This document shows, in pieces, positions 9,962 through 17,976 of a DNA stretch of 64,000 nt; within the stretch, counting starts at the first letter, position 1, and each line of letters starts with the position of its first letter. The position numbers and the translations under genes were made by a program. Source of the DNA: Alphaproteobacteria bacterium (GTDB taxonomy: Bacteria; Pseudomonadota; Alphaproteobacteria; HIMB59; GCA-002718135); assembly GCA_045560945.1 (NCBI GenBank), contig JBJKYR010000053.1:7605-71604 (forward strand). Direction: 5' to 3'. Below the pieces are notes generated by a model. That model did no database searches, was not told the DNA's origin, and saw nothing but the letters and a program-made list of their open reading frames with translations.

Positions 9962-10396
9962 TTAGCTTTTATTAGACAAACTACCAGGAGGTAAAATATG
10001 TTTGGCCATGTCACGTAATAAATCCTCAGGTCCAGGAGGGGCATAAATAGCAATAAGTTTTAGTGTCTCCCATGATGTATTTATTGTTTCATGATAAATA
10101 TCTGCAGGAATATGAATAAGCATACCTGCTTTAATAAGTTTGCGTTCTTCTTTCATACCTCCATGATCATCAGAAATTTCTACCATTTGTTCACCTTCGC
10201 CAGAAATGACATATAAAATTTCTTCAACTCCAGGATGATTATGTCTAGTATGCCCTTTACCAGGTTCAAGTAAAACTACTCCTGATGTGAATTTTTTTGC
10301 ATCATTATGATTAGGTGTGCTCATCCATTTTATAGTGCCCCAATCAAAGACTTGTGTTTCAATATCTTCAGGTGAAATAAATCTCTTATTTGACAT
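9962..10396 (-). CDS. Small cupin-domain protein
   Basis: 144 aa with cupin motifs GHTRHNHPGVEEILYVISGEG and IPADIYHETIN. It is the first gene of the three-gene operon and ends 3 nt before the next start. Confidence 0.7.
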   Translation of the reverse strand: MSNKRFISPEDIETQVFDWGTIKWMSTPNHNDAKKFTSGVVLLEPGKGHTRHNHPGVEEILYVISGEGEQMVEISDDHGGMKEERKLIKAGMLIHIPADIYHETINTSWETLKLIAIYAPPGPEDLLRDMAKHILPPGSLSNKS

Positions 10397-10555
10397 ATGT
10401 CTTTACTTTCCCATCATGTATAAAAAAAACTAAATTAATTACAGAGATAATAATAAATGTTTAAATTAGCACAATGTAGTTATAAATTTATAAGATATTA
10501 TAAATTTTTCAGGATCTCAATAAAAAACAATATTGCTAAAAATCAGTTGTTGTCT

Positions 10556-10600
10556 ATTCGATTAGGAGTCTAATGCTCTATCCTACTGAGCTACGAGTAC
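10556..10600 (-). pseudogene. Degenerate 5'-half copy of tRNA-Arg(CCT) (acceptor 5' strand, D-arm, anticodon stem-loop only)
   Basis: The minus-strand read GTACTCGTAGCTCAGTAGGATAGAGCATTAGACTCCTAATCGAAT aligns to positions 1 to about 40 of the tRNA at 7824-7900. By hand alignment about 37 of 44 positions are identical. Similarity ends at the 3' side of the anticodon stem, and no T-arm or 3' acceptor strand follows. Confidence 0.7.
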
Positions 10601-10715
10601 AACTAACAAAACCTTAATTTTTTACCTAGTAGACTCTCTAAAAAATATAATCTATTGTTAATAAGTAAATTTAACTCATTGACAAATCAAATCTGAATTG
10701 TTTTAAATAATCAAC

Positions 10716-11054
10716 ATGAAAATATTACTATTTGTGATCTTTTTACTAACTTCATTTTGCAAATTTTCATTTTCAGATGAGCATTCAGATGAGCAAAAAA
10801 TTATTGAAATGGGTGATATAGAATATGGACAATATTTAGCTGCTGAATGTGCGTCATGCCATCAGCAGTCAGGAGCTAGTGAAGGCATTCCTTCAATACA
10901 CGGTATGGATGCAGAGGTTTTCGTTGCTTTAATGCTTGCTTACAGATCAAAAGAGATGGAAAATCCTGTTATGCAAATGATCGCTGGGAGACTTGATGAT
11001 GAACAAATTGGTTCATTGGCTCTTTATTTTAGTCAAGTAGAACCCTCAGAATGA
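10716..11054 (+). CDS. Monohaem c-type cytochrome (FccA/SoxE-like partner of the sulfide dehydrogenase flavoprotein)
   Basis: 112 aa with a signal peptide, a single CASCH haem-binding motif and a downstream Met-rich ligand region (NPVMQMIAG). It lies immediately upstream of the flavoprotein gene. Confidence 0.7.
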   Translation: MKILLFVIFLLTSFCKFSFSDEHSDEQKIIEMGDIEYGQYLAAECASCHQQSGASEGIPSIHGMDAEVFVALMLAYRSKEMENPVMQMIAGRLDDEQIGSLALYFSQVEPSE

Positions 11055-11126
11055 TCATATTTTCATTTACTTAAGGTTAAAATTTGATAACATCTTATCA
11101 TATTACAATTTTTTGGGGAGGACATA

Positions 11127-12395
11127 ATGTCAAAAATTTCAAGACGTCTTTTTAATACAGGTATTGCTGCTGCCTCAGCTGCAACACTTGCTTTTCCATC
11201 TGTATCACTTGGTGCTTTACCAAGAGTTGTAGTTATTGGAGGAGGAGCAGGTGGTGCAACCGCAGCAAGATATATTGCTAAAGACTCTGGTGGTGCAGTT
11301 CATGTAACACTTGTTGAGGCATCAAAGCGATATTATACATGCTTTTTTTCTAATATTTATTTAGGTGGATTTCGAAATTATGGTTCGATAGGCCATAATT
11401 ACTATGGTTTAGCTGTAAACCAAGGTGTGAATGTTGTTCATGAGTGGGCTGTTTCAGTTGATTCAGTTGCTAGAAAGGTCAAGCTAGGTTCTGGTGAACA
11501 TCTTTCATATGATAAACTTGTTATTTCACCCGGAATTGATCTTAAGTATGATAAAATCAATGGATATTCTGCTGCAGTTCAAGATAAAATGCCTCATGCA
11601 TGGAAGTCTGGTACTCAGGTACAGTTATTAAGAAATCAAGTAATGAATATGAAGCAAGGTGGAACTTTTGTAATGGTTCCTCCTCCAAATCCATATAGAT
11701 GTCCACCTGGACCATATGAAAGAGTGTCTATGATCGCTCATCAATTTAAACAATCTAATCCTACAGGAAAAATTGTTATTTTAGATCCTAAACCTAAATT
11801 TTCTAAACAAGGTTTATTTGAGGCAGGATGGCAAAAACATTATCCAGGAATGATAGAGTGGATTAGCTCAGAAGATCATGGTGGGCTTAAAAATGTAAAT
11901 GCTTCTACAATGGAGTTTGAAACAGATTTAGATACATTTAAAGCTGATGCTGCATGTGTTGTCCCAGCTCAAAGAGCTGGTGCTATTGCAATGGCAGCAG
12001 GTGTTAACAATGGTGACTGGTGTCCTATTGTTCCTACATCCATGCAATCTCAAGCAGATGAAAATATTTATGTTTTAGGTGATGCATCTGTTGCTAAATC
12101 AATGCCAAAGTCTGGTTTTTCAGCCAACAGTCAAGCCAAAGTAGCAGCTAATCATATCAGAGGTGCTTTAACAGGAAGTAAAGTATTTGATGCTCGTTAT
12201 TCAAATACCTGCTGGTCACTAATTGCGCCTGATGATGATGTTAAGGTTGGTGCGAGTTATGTTGGTGGCGCAGAAGCTATTGATGTTGAAAGTAAATTTA
12301 TTTCACAAGCTGATGACACTAGTGAAACGAGAGCAGCTAACTATCAAGAATCTATAGATTGGTATAATGGTATAACTGCTGATATGTTTTCTTAA
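11127..12395 (+). CDS. Flavocytochrome c sulfide dehydrogenase flavoprotein subunit (FccB/SoxF-like)
   Basis: 422 aa with a Tat signal (SRRLFNTGIAAASAATLAF) and an FAD Rossmann motif (VVVIGGGAGGATAARY). It has the paired cysteine pattern (YRCPPGPYER) typical of FCSD/SoxF. Confidence 0.8.
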   Translation: MSKISRRLFNTGIAAASAATLAFPSVSLGALPRVVVIGGGAGGATAARYIAKDSGGAVHVTLVEASKRYYTCFFSNIYLGGFRNYGSIGHNYYGLAVNQGVNVVHEWAVSVDSVARKVKLGSGEHLSYDKLVISPGIDLKYDKINGYSAAVQDKMPHAWKSGTQVQLLRNQVMNMKQGGTFVMVPPPNPYRCPPGPYERVSMIAHQFKQSNPTGKIVILDPKPKFSKQGLFEAGWQKHYPGMIEWISSEDHGGLKNVNASTMEFETDLDTFKADAACVVPAQRAGAIAMAAGVNNGDWCPIVPTSMQSQADENIYVLGDASVAKSMPKSGFSANSQAKVAANHIRGALTGSKVFDARYSNTCWSLIAPDDDVKVGASYVGGAEAIDVESKFISQADDTSETRAANYQESIDWYNGITADMFS

Positions 12396-12423
12396 AACTT
12401 TTTAATTAATAGAAACAGATAAA

Positions 12424-12446
12424 GGCGGCTAATAGCCGCCTTTTTT
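12424..12446. terminator. Bidirectional rho-independent terminator between convergent fccB-like and soxB
   Basis: A perfect 7-bp GC-rich stem GGCGGCT/AGCCGCC with a 3-nt loop, followed by T6 on the plus strand and preceded by an A-run. The T-tract overlaps the soxB stop codon. Confidence 0.6.
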
Positions 12447-14130
12447 AAACTCCCTTAATTTGTACTAGATTGTTATTTTTTGCTTTGATAATTTTTTCAT
12501 CAGAAATATAATCTTCTAATAGTTTATAAATAGGAGGTCCTTCCACTTCGGGATTTATTGATCCCCAACCACCAATAGTATAATTTTTTTGCGATTCAAT
12601 TTTTTCACCATTAGATAATTTTAGATCACTTATTCTATTTCCCATTGTGTTCTTAGGTTGACAAGTATATGTCATTCCTCCAACTCTAACCATATCACCA
12701 CCTTGCTGGAAAAAAGGATCTGGATTAAAAATATTATCACATACGTCTTCTAAAAGATTTTTTATAGTCTCACCATTCATTTCAGTTCTATATACTTCTG
12801 GATAATTCATTGAAGTTTGTGAATAAATATCGTCAATAGTTATCTTTTGACCTGGTAATAAGGTTGTTCCCCATCTAAAACCTGGGCTTAATGAAATTTC
12901 TGCATCCCTTTCCTGAATAATTGCGTCACAAATCACACTATCCCAAGGCCCACCAAAATTACCTCTTCTATAAAGCAAGGTTTCAGTTGCTCCGACAACA
13001 CGATTACATTCTTCCTCATATGGTGCTCTAATTTTATCAATTAAACTTGTCATTTCTGGATCAGGTTGAATTACATCTGAAAAAATAGGTATTAAATTTG
13101 ATGAGAAATCAACAACTTTACCATTGTCAACTTTCAGATCAATCCTGCCTAAATATTTGCCATGAGATCCAGATGAAAGAAGTAAAGTATTTTTTATCTT
13201 AATTGCTCTTGGAATTGCATCATGAGTATGGCCAGTTAGTATAACATCAACATTATCTAAAATAGCTGCTAATTTCTGATCTACATCGAACCCATTATGA
13301 GATAATATAACTACTACTTCAGCACCATTTTTTTTTGCTTTATTTATATTTTTTTGAATGATTTCTGGTCTTATTCCAAAAGACCAACCATCAACTAAGT
13401 AGCTTGGATTAGCAATAGGAGTGTATGGGAAGTGTTGACCAATAACTGCAATATTAACACCTCCTTTCTCAAAATAAGAAGTGCTTTCAAAGACAGGTTC
13501 ATCCCATTCAGTATCAAAAACATTTCCACCAAGAAATGGAAAATTTATTTTATCAATTAATTCACTAAGCCGATCTTGGCCAAGCGTAAACTCCCAATGC
13601 CCTACCATAGCATCTGGTTTTAAGAGGTTCATTGCTTCTAACATATCTTCCCCTTGAGTTTTTAAAGAAGTGTATGAACCTTGCCATGTGTCACCACCAT
13701 CTAATAAAAGTACTTTATCCTCTCCTCTTTCTCCCCTGATTTTTTTAATCAAAGCTGATGTTCTGTCTAATCCTCCGAGTTTGCCATACTCTCTAGCTAA
13801 TGGAACATAGTCAAGCATAGTATGTGCGTAAGCGAGTGGTGTGTTGGGCTCAATGCCAAAATAATCTAAAAAAACTTTTCCAACAAGATGAGGAGGAATG
13901 CCTTCGTATTTTCCAATTCCAAAATTTTCTGATGGTGGCCTAAAAAAAACAGGTTTAAGTTGGCCATGTATATCAGTTATATGCAGTAAAGTAATTTGAC
14001 CTTTTGAGTCAAATTCTAAAAGATCATTTTCAGAAATTTCTTGTTTAGCGGCAACAGCGCTCCAACTTTTGCTACCAACCAACATTGCTGTAATTGTAGC
14101 TAATTGAATAAATTCTCGCCTCGATTGCAT
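12445..14130 (-). CDS. soxB: Sulfur-oxidation thiosulfohydrolase SoxB (5'-nucleotidase/metallophosphatase family)
   Basis: 561 aa with a Tat signal (SRREFIQLATITAM). Metallophosphoesterase motifs are present (LLHITDIHG, DGGDTWQG, GHWEF, LSHNG, GHTHD), followed by a C-terminal 5'-nucleotidase-like domain. It sits in a sox operon context. Confidence 0.9.
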   Translation of the reverse strand: MQSRREFIQLATITAMLVGSKSWSAVAAKQEISENDLLEFDSKGQITLLHITDIHGQLKPVFFRPPSENFGIGKYEGIPPHLVGKVFLDYFGIEPNTPLAYAHTMLDYVPLAREYGKLGGLDRTSALIKKIRGERGEDKVLLLDGGDTWQGSYTSLKTQGEDMLEAMNLLKPDAMVGHWEFTLGQDRLSELIDKINFPFLGGNVFDTEWDEPVFESTSYFEKGGVNIAVIGQHFPYTPIANPSYLVDGWSFGIRPEIIQKNINKAKKNGAEVVVILSHNGFDVDQKLAAILDNVDVILTGHTHDAIPRAIKIKNTLLLSSGSHGKYLGRIDLKVDNGKVVDFSSNLIPIFSDVIQPDPEMTSLIDKIRAPYEEECNRVVGATETLLYRRGNFGGPWDSVICDAIIQERDAEISLSPGFRWGTTLLPGQKITIDDIYSQTSMNYPEVYRTEMNGETIKNLLEDVCDNIFNPDPFFQQGGDMVRVGGMTYTCQPKNTMGNRISDLKLSNGEKIESQKNYTIGGWGSINPEVEGPPIYKLLEDYISDEKIIKAKNNNLVQIKGV

Positions 14131-14171
14131 TATGTTACTCTAAATTATTATCTTATAATTAACTTTAATAA

Positions 14172-14825
14172 CTATTCGTCTTCTGGAGTTACATCAATAT
14201 CTCTAGCTTTTCCAATAATTTTTGTAGATACTTGACAATTACTCATACAAGGGTTTCCGTGCGTATTCATGGTGTCTGGTCTTGGATCAGGTAATAAAAA
14301 ACCATCTTTATTTGGCATCTCTATTTCACCAATATTTGTATCTGATAAAACAAAATCTTCTTCGATTATGTCACCCATATATAGAAGATAGGCTACAATT
14401 CCATAGGTTTCATCATACGATAAGGATTGCGAATCACCATATGGCATTGCTCTATAAATATAATCAAAGATTGTAGATGCGAAGGGCCAGTAACTTGTAG
14501 CAGTTTTTTCCGGATCATGTGAAGCTAAACTACCTTCACCTCCAACGAGTGGAGGCCACCTATCTGCTCCTTCACCAAAATCACCATGGCATGCTGCGCA
14601 TTGTTCAGAGTATATTTCTTCACCAAACAAAGCAGTTCCACTTCCAATTGGTGCACCCAAACCATCAGGTCTCACATCAATATCCCATCCTACAACTTCT
14701 TCTTTAGAAGCAATCTCCCCTAAATTAAATTTTCTGTCACTAGCAATTGTTGTACTTGTTAAAAATATTATACATGCAAAGCTTAGTATGCTTTTAACCA
14801 AGCCTGACATTGTCAACCTTTCCAT
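14172..14825 (-). CDS. soxD: SoxD-like monohaem cytochrome c subunit of sulfane dehydrogenase
   Basis: About 212-217 aa with a signal peptide and a single CAACH motif. It overlaps the 3' end of soxC. The true start is probably the Met at 14810 (MSGLVKS...). Confidence 0.7.
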   Translation of the reverse strand: MERLTMSGLVKSILSFACIIFLTSTTIASDRKFNLGEIASKEEVVGWDIDVRPDGLGAPIGSGTALFGEEIYSEQCAACHGDFGEGADRWPPLVGGEGSLASHDPEKTATSYWPFASTIFDYIYRAMPYGDSQSLSYDETYGIVAYLLYMGDIIEEDFVLSDTNIGEIEMPNKDGFLLPDPRPDTMNTHGNPCMSNCQVSTKIIGKARDIDVTPEDE

Positions 14826-16083
14826 TTTTAGAAACTAGCCAAGTTGCTATTGAATTATTATGATAAATTGAATTCACACCTCTAATTTTTTGAAGTTCAT
14901 CAATAGTAGGTTGGACATAATTTGTCTCATCAATTGCTCTTGATTGTAATAGTAATTCCTCACCTTTCCATTCAAATGGCAATGTAAATCTAGTTAATGA
15001 TTTACTTAGAACTGGTGAGTGAAGTTGGGCAGTTTTCCAATTCTTGCCACCATCAATCGAAACATCTACACGTTTAATTTTACCTCTACCTGACCAAGCA
15101 AGACCTCTTAATTGATGCAATCCTTTTGCAAGTATTGGTTTTTCGGGACTTGGAGAAGTTATGACAGATTTAGCATCCATAACCCAGGTAAACATTCTAG
15201 CTTTTCCACTTGTTAACAAATCTGTATATTTAGATGTTTCTTCTCTAGTCATGTAAGGTTTGTCACCAAACTCTAGTCTCCTGATCCATTTTACCCACAT
15301 ATTACCTTCCCAACCAGGAACTACGAGGCGCGCCGGATAACCTTGTTCAGGTCTTAATGCTTCTCCATTCATTGCCCAGGCAATGATACAATCATCTAAA
15401 ATTTTTTCTATAGGAATAGAGCGTGTCATTCCTGATGAATCGCTTCCTTCAGCTAAAACCCACTTGGCTTTTTCTTTTAAACCAGTCTCTAAAAGTAGAT
15501 CAGATAATTTAACACCTGTGTATTGAACATTATGCACCATTCCAAAGGTGTATTGGCATCCATTTAATTGAGATCCTCTCCATTCCATACCACCATTTGC
15601 AGCACATTCAAGAAAGTAAAATTTATTTGTTTGAGGAAAGCGTTTTAAGTCATCAAGAGTAAATATCATTTCGCGATCTACTAAACCATTGATCATCAAT
15701 CTAAAGTCTTGTGGATTAATAACTGAAACACCCCCATGATGTCTTTCAAAGCAAAGACCATTAGGTGTTACAATTCCTTCAAGATCTTGTAATGGAGTAA
15801 AATTGACTGAAGATTCAGCACTTGCTGTAAGCCACTCAACATTTCTTCTTATGACATGTCCCTCAAACTCAGAAGGCATACCGTAAGGATTTACATCAAC
15901 GCCGTCACCAAGGTATTGTGTCCACTCAGGAAGGTTTGGTGGTAAGTTTTCAGGATTTACTTCTTCTGATAAAAGGTTTTTTGGAGCCAATGAAAAAGCT
16001 CCAATACTTGAGGCGCCAATTATTAAGTCTCTACGATTAAATTTTTTAAAGTTAGACACTTCATTTTTTTTATTTTTTTTCAC
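14794..16083 (-). CDS. soxC: SoxC molybdopterin sulfane/sulfite dehydrogenase subunit
   Basis: 429 aa with a Tat signal (NRRDLIIGASS) and sulfite-oxidase-family Moco-domain motifs (FERHHGG, FLECAANG, ARLVVPGWEGNMWVKW). A C-terminal dimerisation domain follows. Confidence 0.85.
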   Translation of the reverse strand: MKKNKKNEVSNFKKFNRRDLIIGASSIGAFSLAPKNLLSEEVNPENLPPNLPEWTQYLGDGVDVNPYGMPSEFEGHVIRRNVEWLTASAESSVNFTPLQDLEGIVTPNGLCFERHHGGVSVINPQDFRLMINGLVDREMIFTLDDLKRFPQTNKFYFLECAANGGMEWRGSQLNGCQYTFGMVHNVQYTGVKLSDLLLETGLKEKAKWVLAEGSDSSGMTRSIPIEKILDDCIIAWAMNGEALRPEQGYPARLVVPGWEGNMWVKWIRRLEFGDKPYMTREETSKYTDLLTSGKARMFTWVMDAKSVITSPSPEKPILAKGLHQLRGLAWSGRGKIKRVDVSIDGGKNWKTAQLHSPVLSKSLTRFTLPFEWKGEELLLQSRAIDETNYVQPTIDELQKIRGVNSIYHNNSIATWLVSKNGKVDNVRLG

Positions 16084-16085
16084 TA

Positions 16086-16412
16086 TTAAGAAACAACCAT
16101 ATCTTTAGAGATTGAATATATTTCCCCATTATCGTCTATCCATTCAAAATCAAATTTACCACTTTCTTTCGCTTTAAATTGAAAAACAATATAAGGATTG
16201 GTTGATATTGACGGCTCAAGATCCATCTGAAAAACTTCTTTTCCATTAAATTTAGCACTAAATGAATTAATTATATGTCTTGGTATTGTTTGACCATCCA
16301 TATCTTTCATTCTACCACTATGCATAGGGTGTCTAATTAATGTTTTAATTTCAACAACCTCATCAATAGATACTTCTTTAGGTACTTTTACTCTTGGTTT
16401 AATTGAAGACAT
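16086..16412 (-). CDS. soxZ: SoxZ sulfur-carrier complex subunit
   Basis: 108 aa. Its size, its position directly after soxY, and the KTLIRHPMHSG segment are typical of SoxZ. Confidence 0.8.
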   Translation of the reverse strand: MSSIKPRVKVPKEVSIDEVVEIKTLIRHPMHSGRMKDMDGQTIPRHIINSFSAKFNGKEVFQMDLEPSISTNPYIVFQFKAKESGKFDFEWIDDNGEIYSISKDMVVS

Positions 16413-16426
16413 AATTACTCCTTATA

Positions 16427-16903
16427 TTATCCGCCACATCCACCAATTGTGACTTTTACTTGTGCATTGGTCATGAGAAATTGACCATTATTATTTTCAG
16501 CTAATAAATAAACATTTTGTGTTTTTGATAATCGTATTCTTGTTGTTGCAGAACATGATCCCATTTCTGGTGTGAAAGAGAATTTTGCAACATTTGGTGA
16601 AGGGTTTCCGTCTGCTAAAATATAAACAGTTTTAATATGATCAGAATCAGTCATAGGGGTATCCAATTCAAAACTAACTTTTACCTGATTGCCATTTTCT
16701 GCAATTTCTGGTAAATCCAGCCAAATATCACTTTCAGTTGCACCCAATCCATTTGTAATTTCATTTATTCTGTTTAAAGCTTGGTTAGATTGTGCAAATG
16801 ATATTGAAGGCAAAATTGCTGTTCCTGTAAAACCAGCAATAATTTGCAAGGCGTTTCTTCTTGAAATTTTTCTTAATTTTTTTAACCTCATTGATATCCT
16901 CAT
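16427..16903 (-). CDS. soxY: SoxY sulfur-carrier protein
   Basis: 158 aa with a Tat signal (SRRNALQIIAG) and the diagnostic C-terminal swinging-arm motif VTIGGCGG at the very end of the protein. Confidence 0.9.
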   Translation of the reverse strand: MRISMRLKKLRKISRRNALQIIAGFTGTAILPSISFAQSNQALNRINEITNGLGATESDIWLDLPEIAENGNQVKVSFELDTPMTDSDHIKTVYILADGNPSPNVAKFSFTPEMGSCSATTRIRLSKTQNVYLLAENNNGQFLMTNAQVKVTIGGCGG

Positions 16904-16970
16904 AGATTGTAAAGAAAGTAAATATTTAATATATTATGTAATAATAAATTTATTCAAATCAATCAAATAT

Positions 16971-17333
16971 TTAATCACGATCAAGAATTTCATCAACTTG
17001 CCACCAAAACATTTCTGCACTTGAATATCCTATAATGCGTCCAATTTCTTCTTTTTCCTTAAAAAAAACAAATGTTGGTGTAATTTTTGTTTCATTACTG
17101 TCTAAATCATTCCTTATTGAGTGTTCGTCAAGCTCAATTCTTTCCAAAGGGAAACTTTTGGCAATATCAGTCTTAGGGTAAATTTTACCAATTTCTTTTT
17201 CCCAAATTTGACAGTAAACACAATAATCAGCAGTTATCATGAGAAGCTTACTATCAGCAAAAGATGATTTTAATGATAATAAAAAAATTACTATTAAAAC
17301 TAATGTAAAATTGTACAATTTCTTAAACACCAT
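16971..17333 (-). CDS. Periplasmic thioredoxin-fold protein (SoxS/SoxW-like)
   Basis: 120 aa with a signal peptide and a single CVYC redox motif followed by W..EI....YP. It lies between the pseudoazurin gene and soxY. Confidence 0.55.
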   Translation of the reverse strand: MVFKKLYNFTLVLIVIFLLSLKSSFADSKLLMITADYCVYCQIWEKEIGKIYPKTDIAKSFPLERIELDEHSIRNDLDSNETKITPTFVFFKEKEEIGRIIGYSSAEMFWWQVDEILDRD

Positions 17334-17368
17334 AAGAAAATCTAATTTGTTAGGTCTTTCAAAAAAAA

Positions 17369-17791
17369 TTAAAGTTCTTTTAATAACTCTTTAAATATTT
17401 TTTTTGATTTACCTCCCATTTTTGCTTTTTTAATTTTATCTAAATTGCTTAGGTCATCTCCAACCACAACTAAACCAATCATGCCCATTGATTTATGAGG
17501 AGTACAAACGTATAAATAGATACCTGGAATTTCAAATTTATATTCTGCATCTTTACTTATTTTTGATTTGAATTTTTCAACTCCATTTGGCATCTCTACA
17601 AATTCAACATTATGCCCTTTATCTACTGATTTCCAAATAATAGAGTCACCAATATCTACTTTTGCAACTTTTATGGAATAAACCATTTTTTCTTTTCCAA
17701 GTTTATTCACCATGTCTATTTCGATAGTCTCAGCATAGCTATAAAAAGATATTGAGATGCATGAAATAATTAAAAAAAGATATTTAAACAT
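17369..17791 (-). CDS. Pseudoazurin (type-1 blue copper electron carrier)
   Basis: 140 aa with a signal peptide. The copper ligand pattern is DKGHNVE ... YLYVCTPHKSMGMIGLVVVGD, and the C-terminal helix region is NLDKIKKAKMGGKSKK. It tracks Paracoccus-type pseudoazurin closely, from memory of that sequence. Confidence 0.85.
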   Translation of the reverse strand: MFKYLFLIISCISISFYSYAETIEIDMVNKLGKEKMVYSIKVAKVDIGDSIIWKSVDKGHNVEFVEMPNGVEKFKSKISKDAEYKFEIPGIYLYVCTPHKSMGMIGLVVVGDDLSNLDKIKKAKMGGKSKKIFKELLKEL

Positions 17792-17976
17792 TTTGAATCC
17801 TTTAATTTTCCTATTTTTAAATAACTAAAGATTGAGTCAATAATAACATACACATAGGGTTTATTCTACAAACTTTTTAAGTGTTATGATAAGAAAGATT
17901 TTAGTTAATAGTAATCATGTGGTACTCAAACTTATTTATTAATTATATTAATTAAAAAAGTAAGGAAAACCAAGAA

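Noticed and set aside
16689-17024. 111-aa plus-strand ORF across soxY and the following spacer.
   Set aside because: It is antisense to soxY, whose identity is fixed by the Tat signal and the GGCGG terminus. Its sequence is low-complexity.
2994-17791. Visibly higher G+C in the SBP, FCSD and Sox genes than in neighbours, considered as evidence of horizontal transfer.
   Set aside because: groEL, fhs, sarcosine oxidase beta and other conserved core genes in the window show the same elevation. It tracks Ala/Gly-rich conserved proteins rather than foreign origin. I cannot compute statistics here, so it is not used as evidence.
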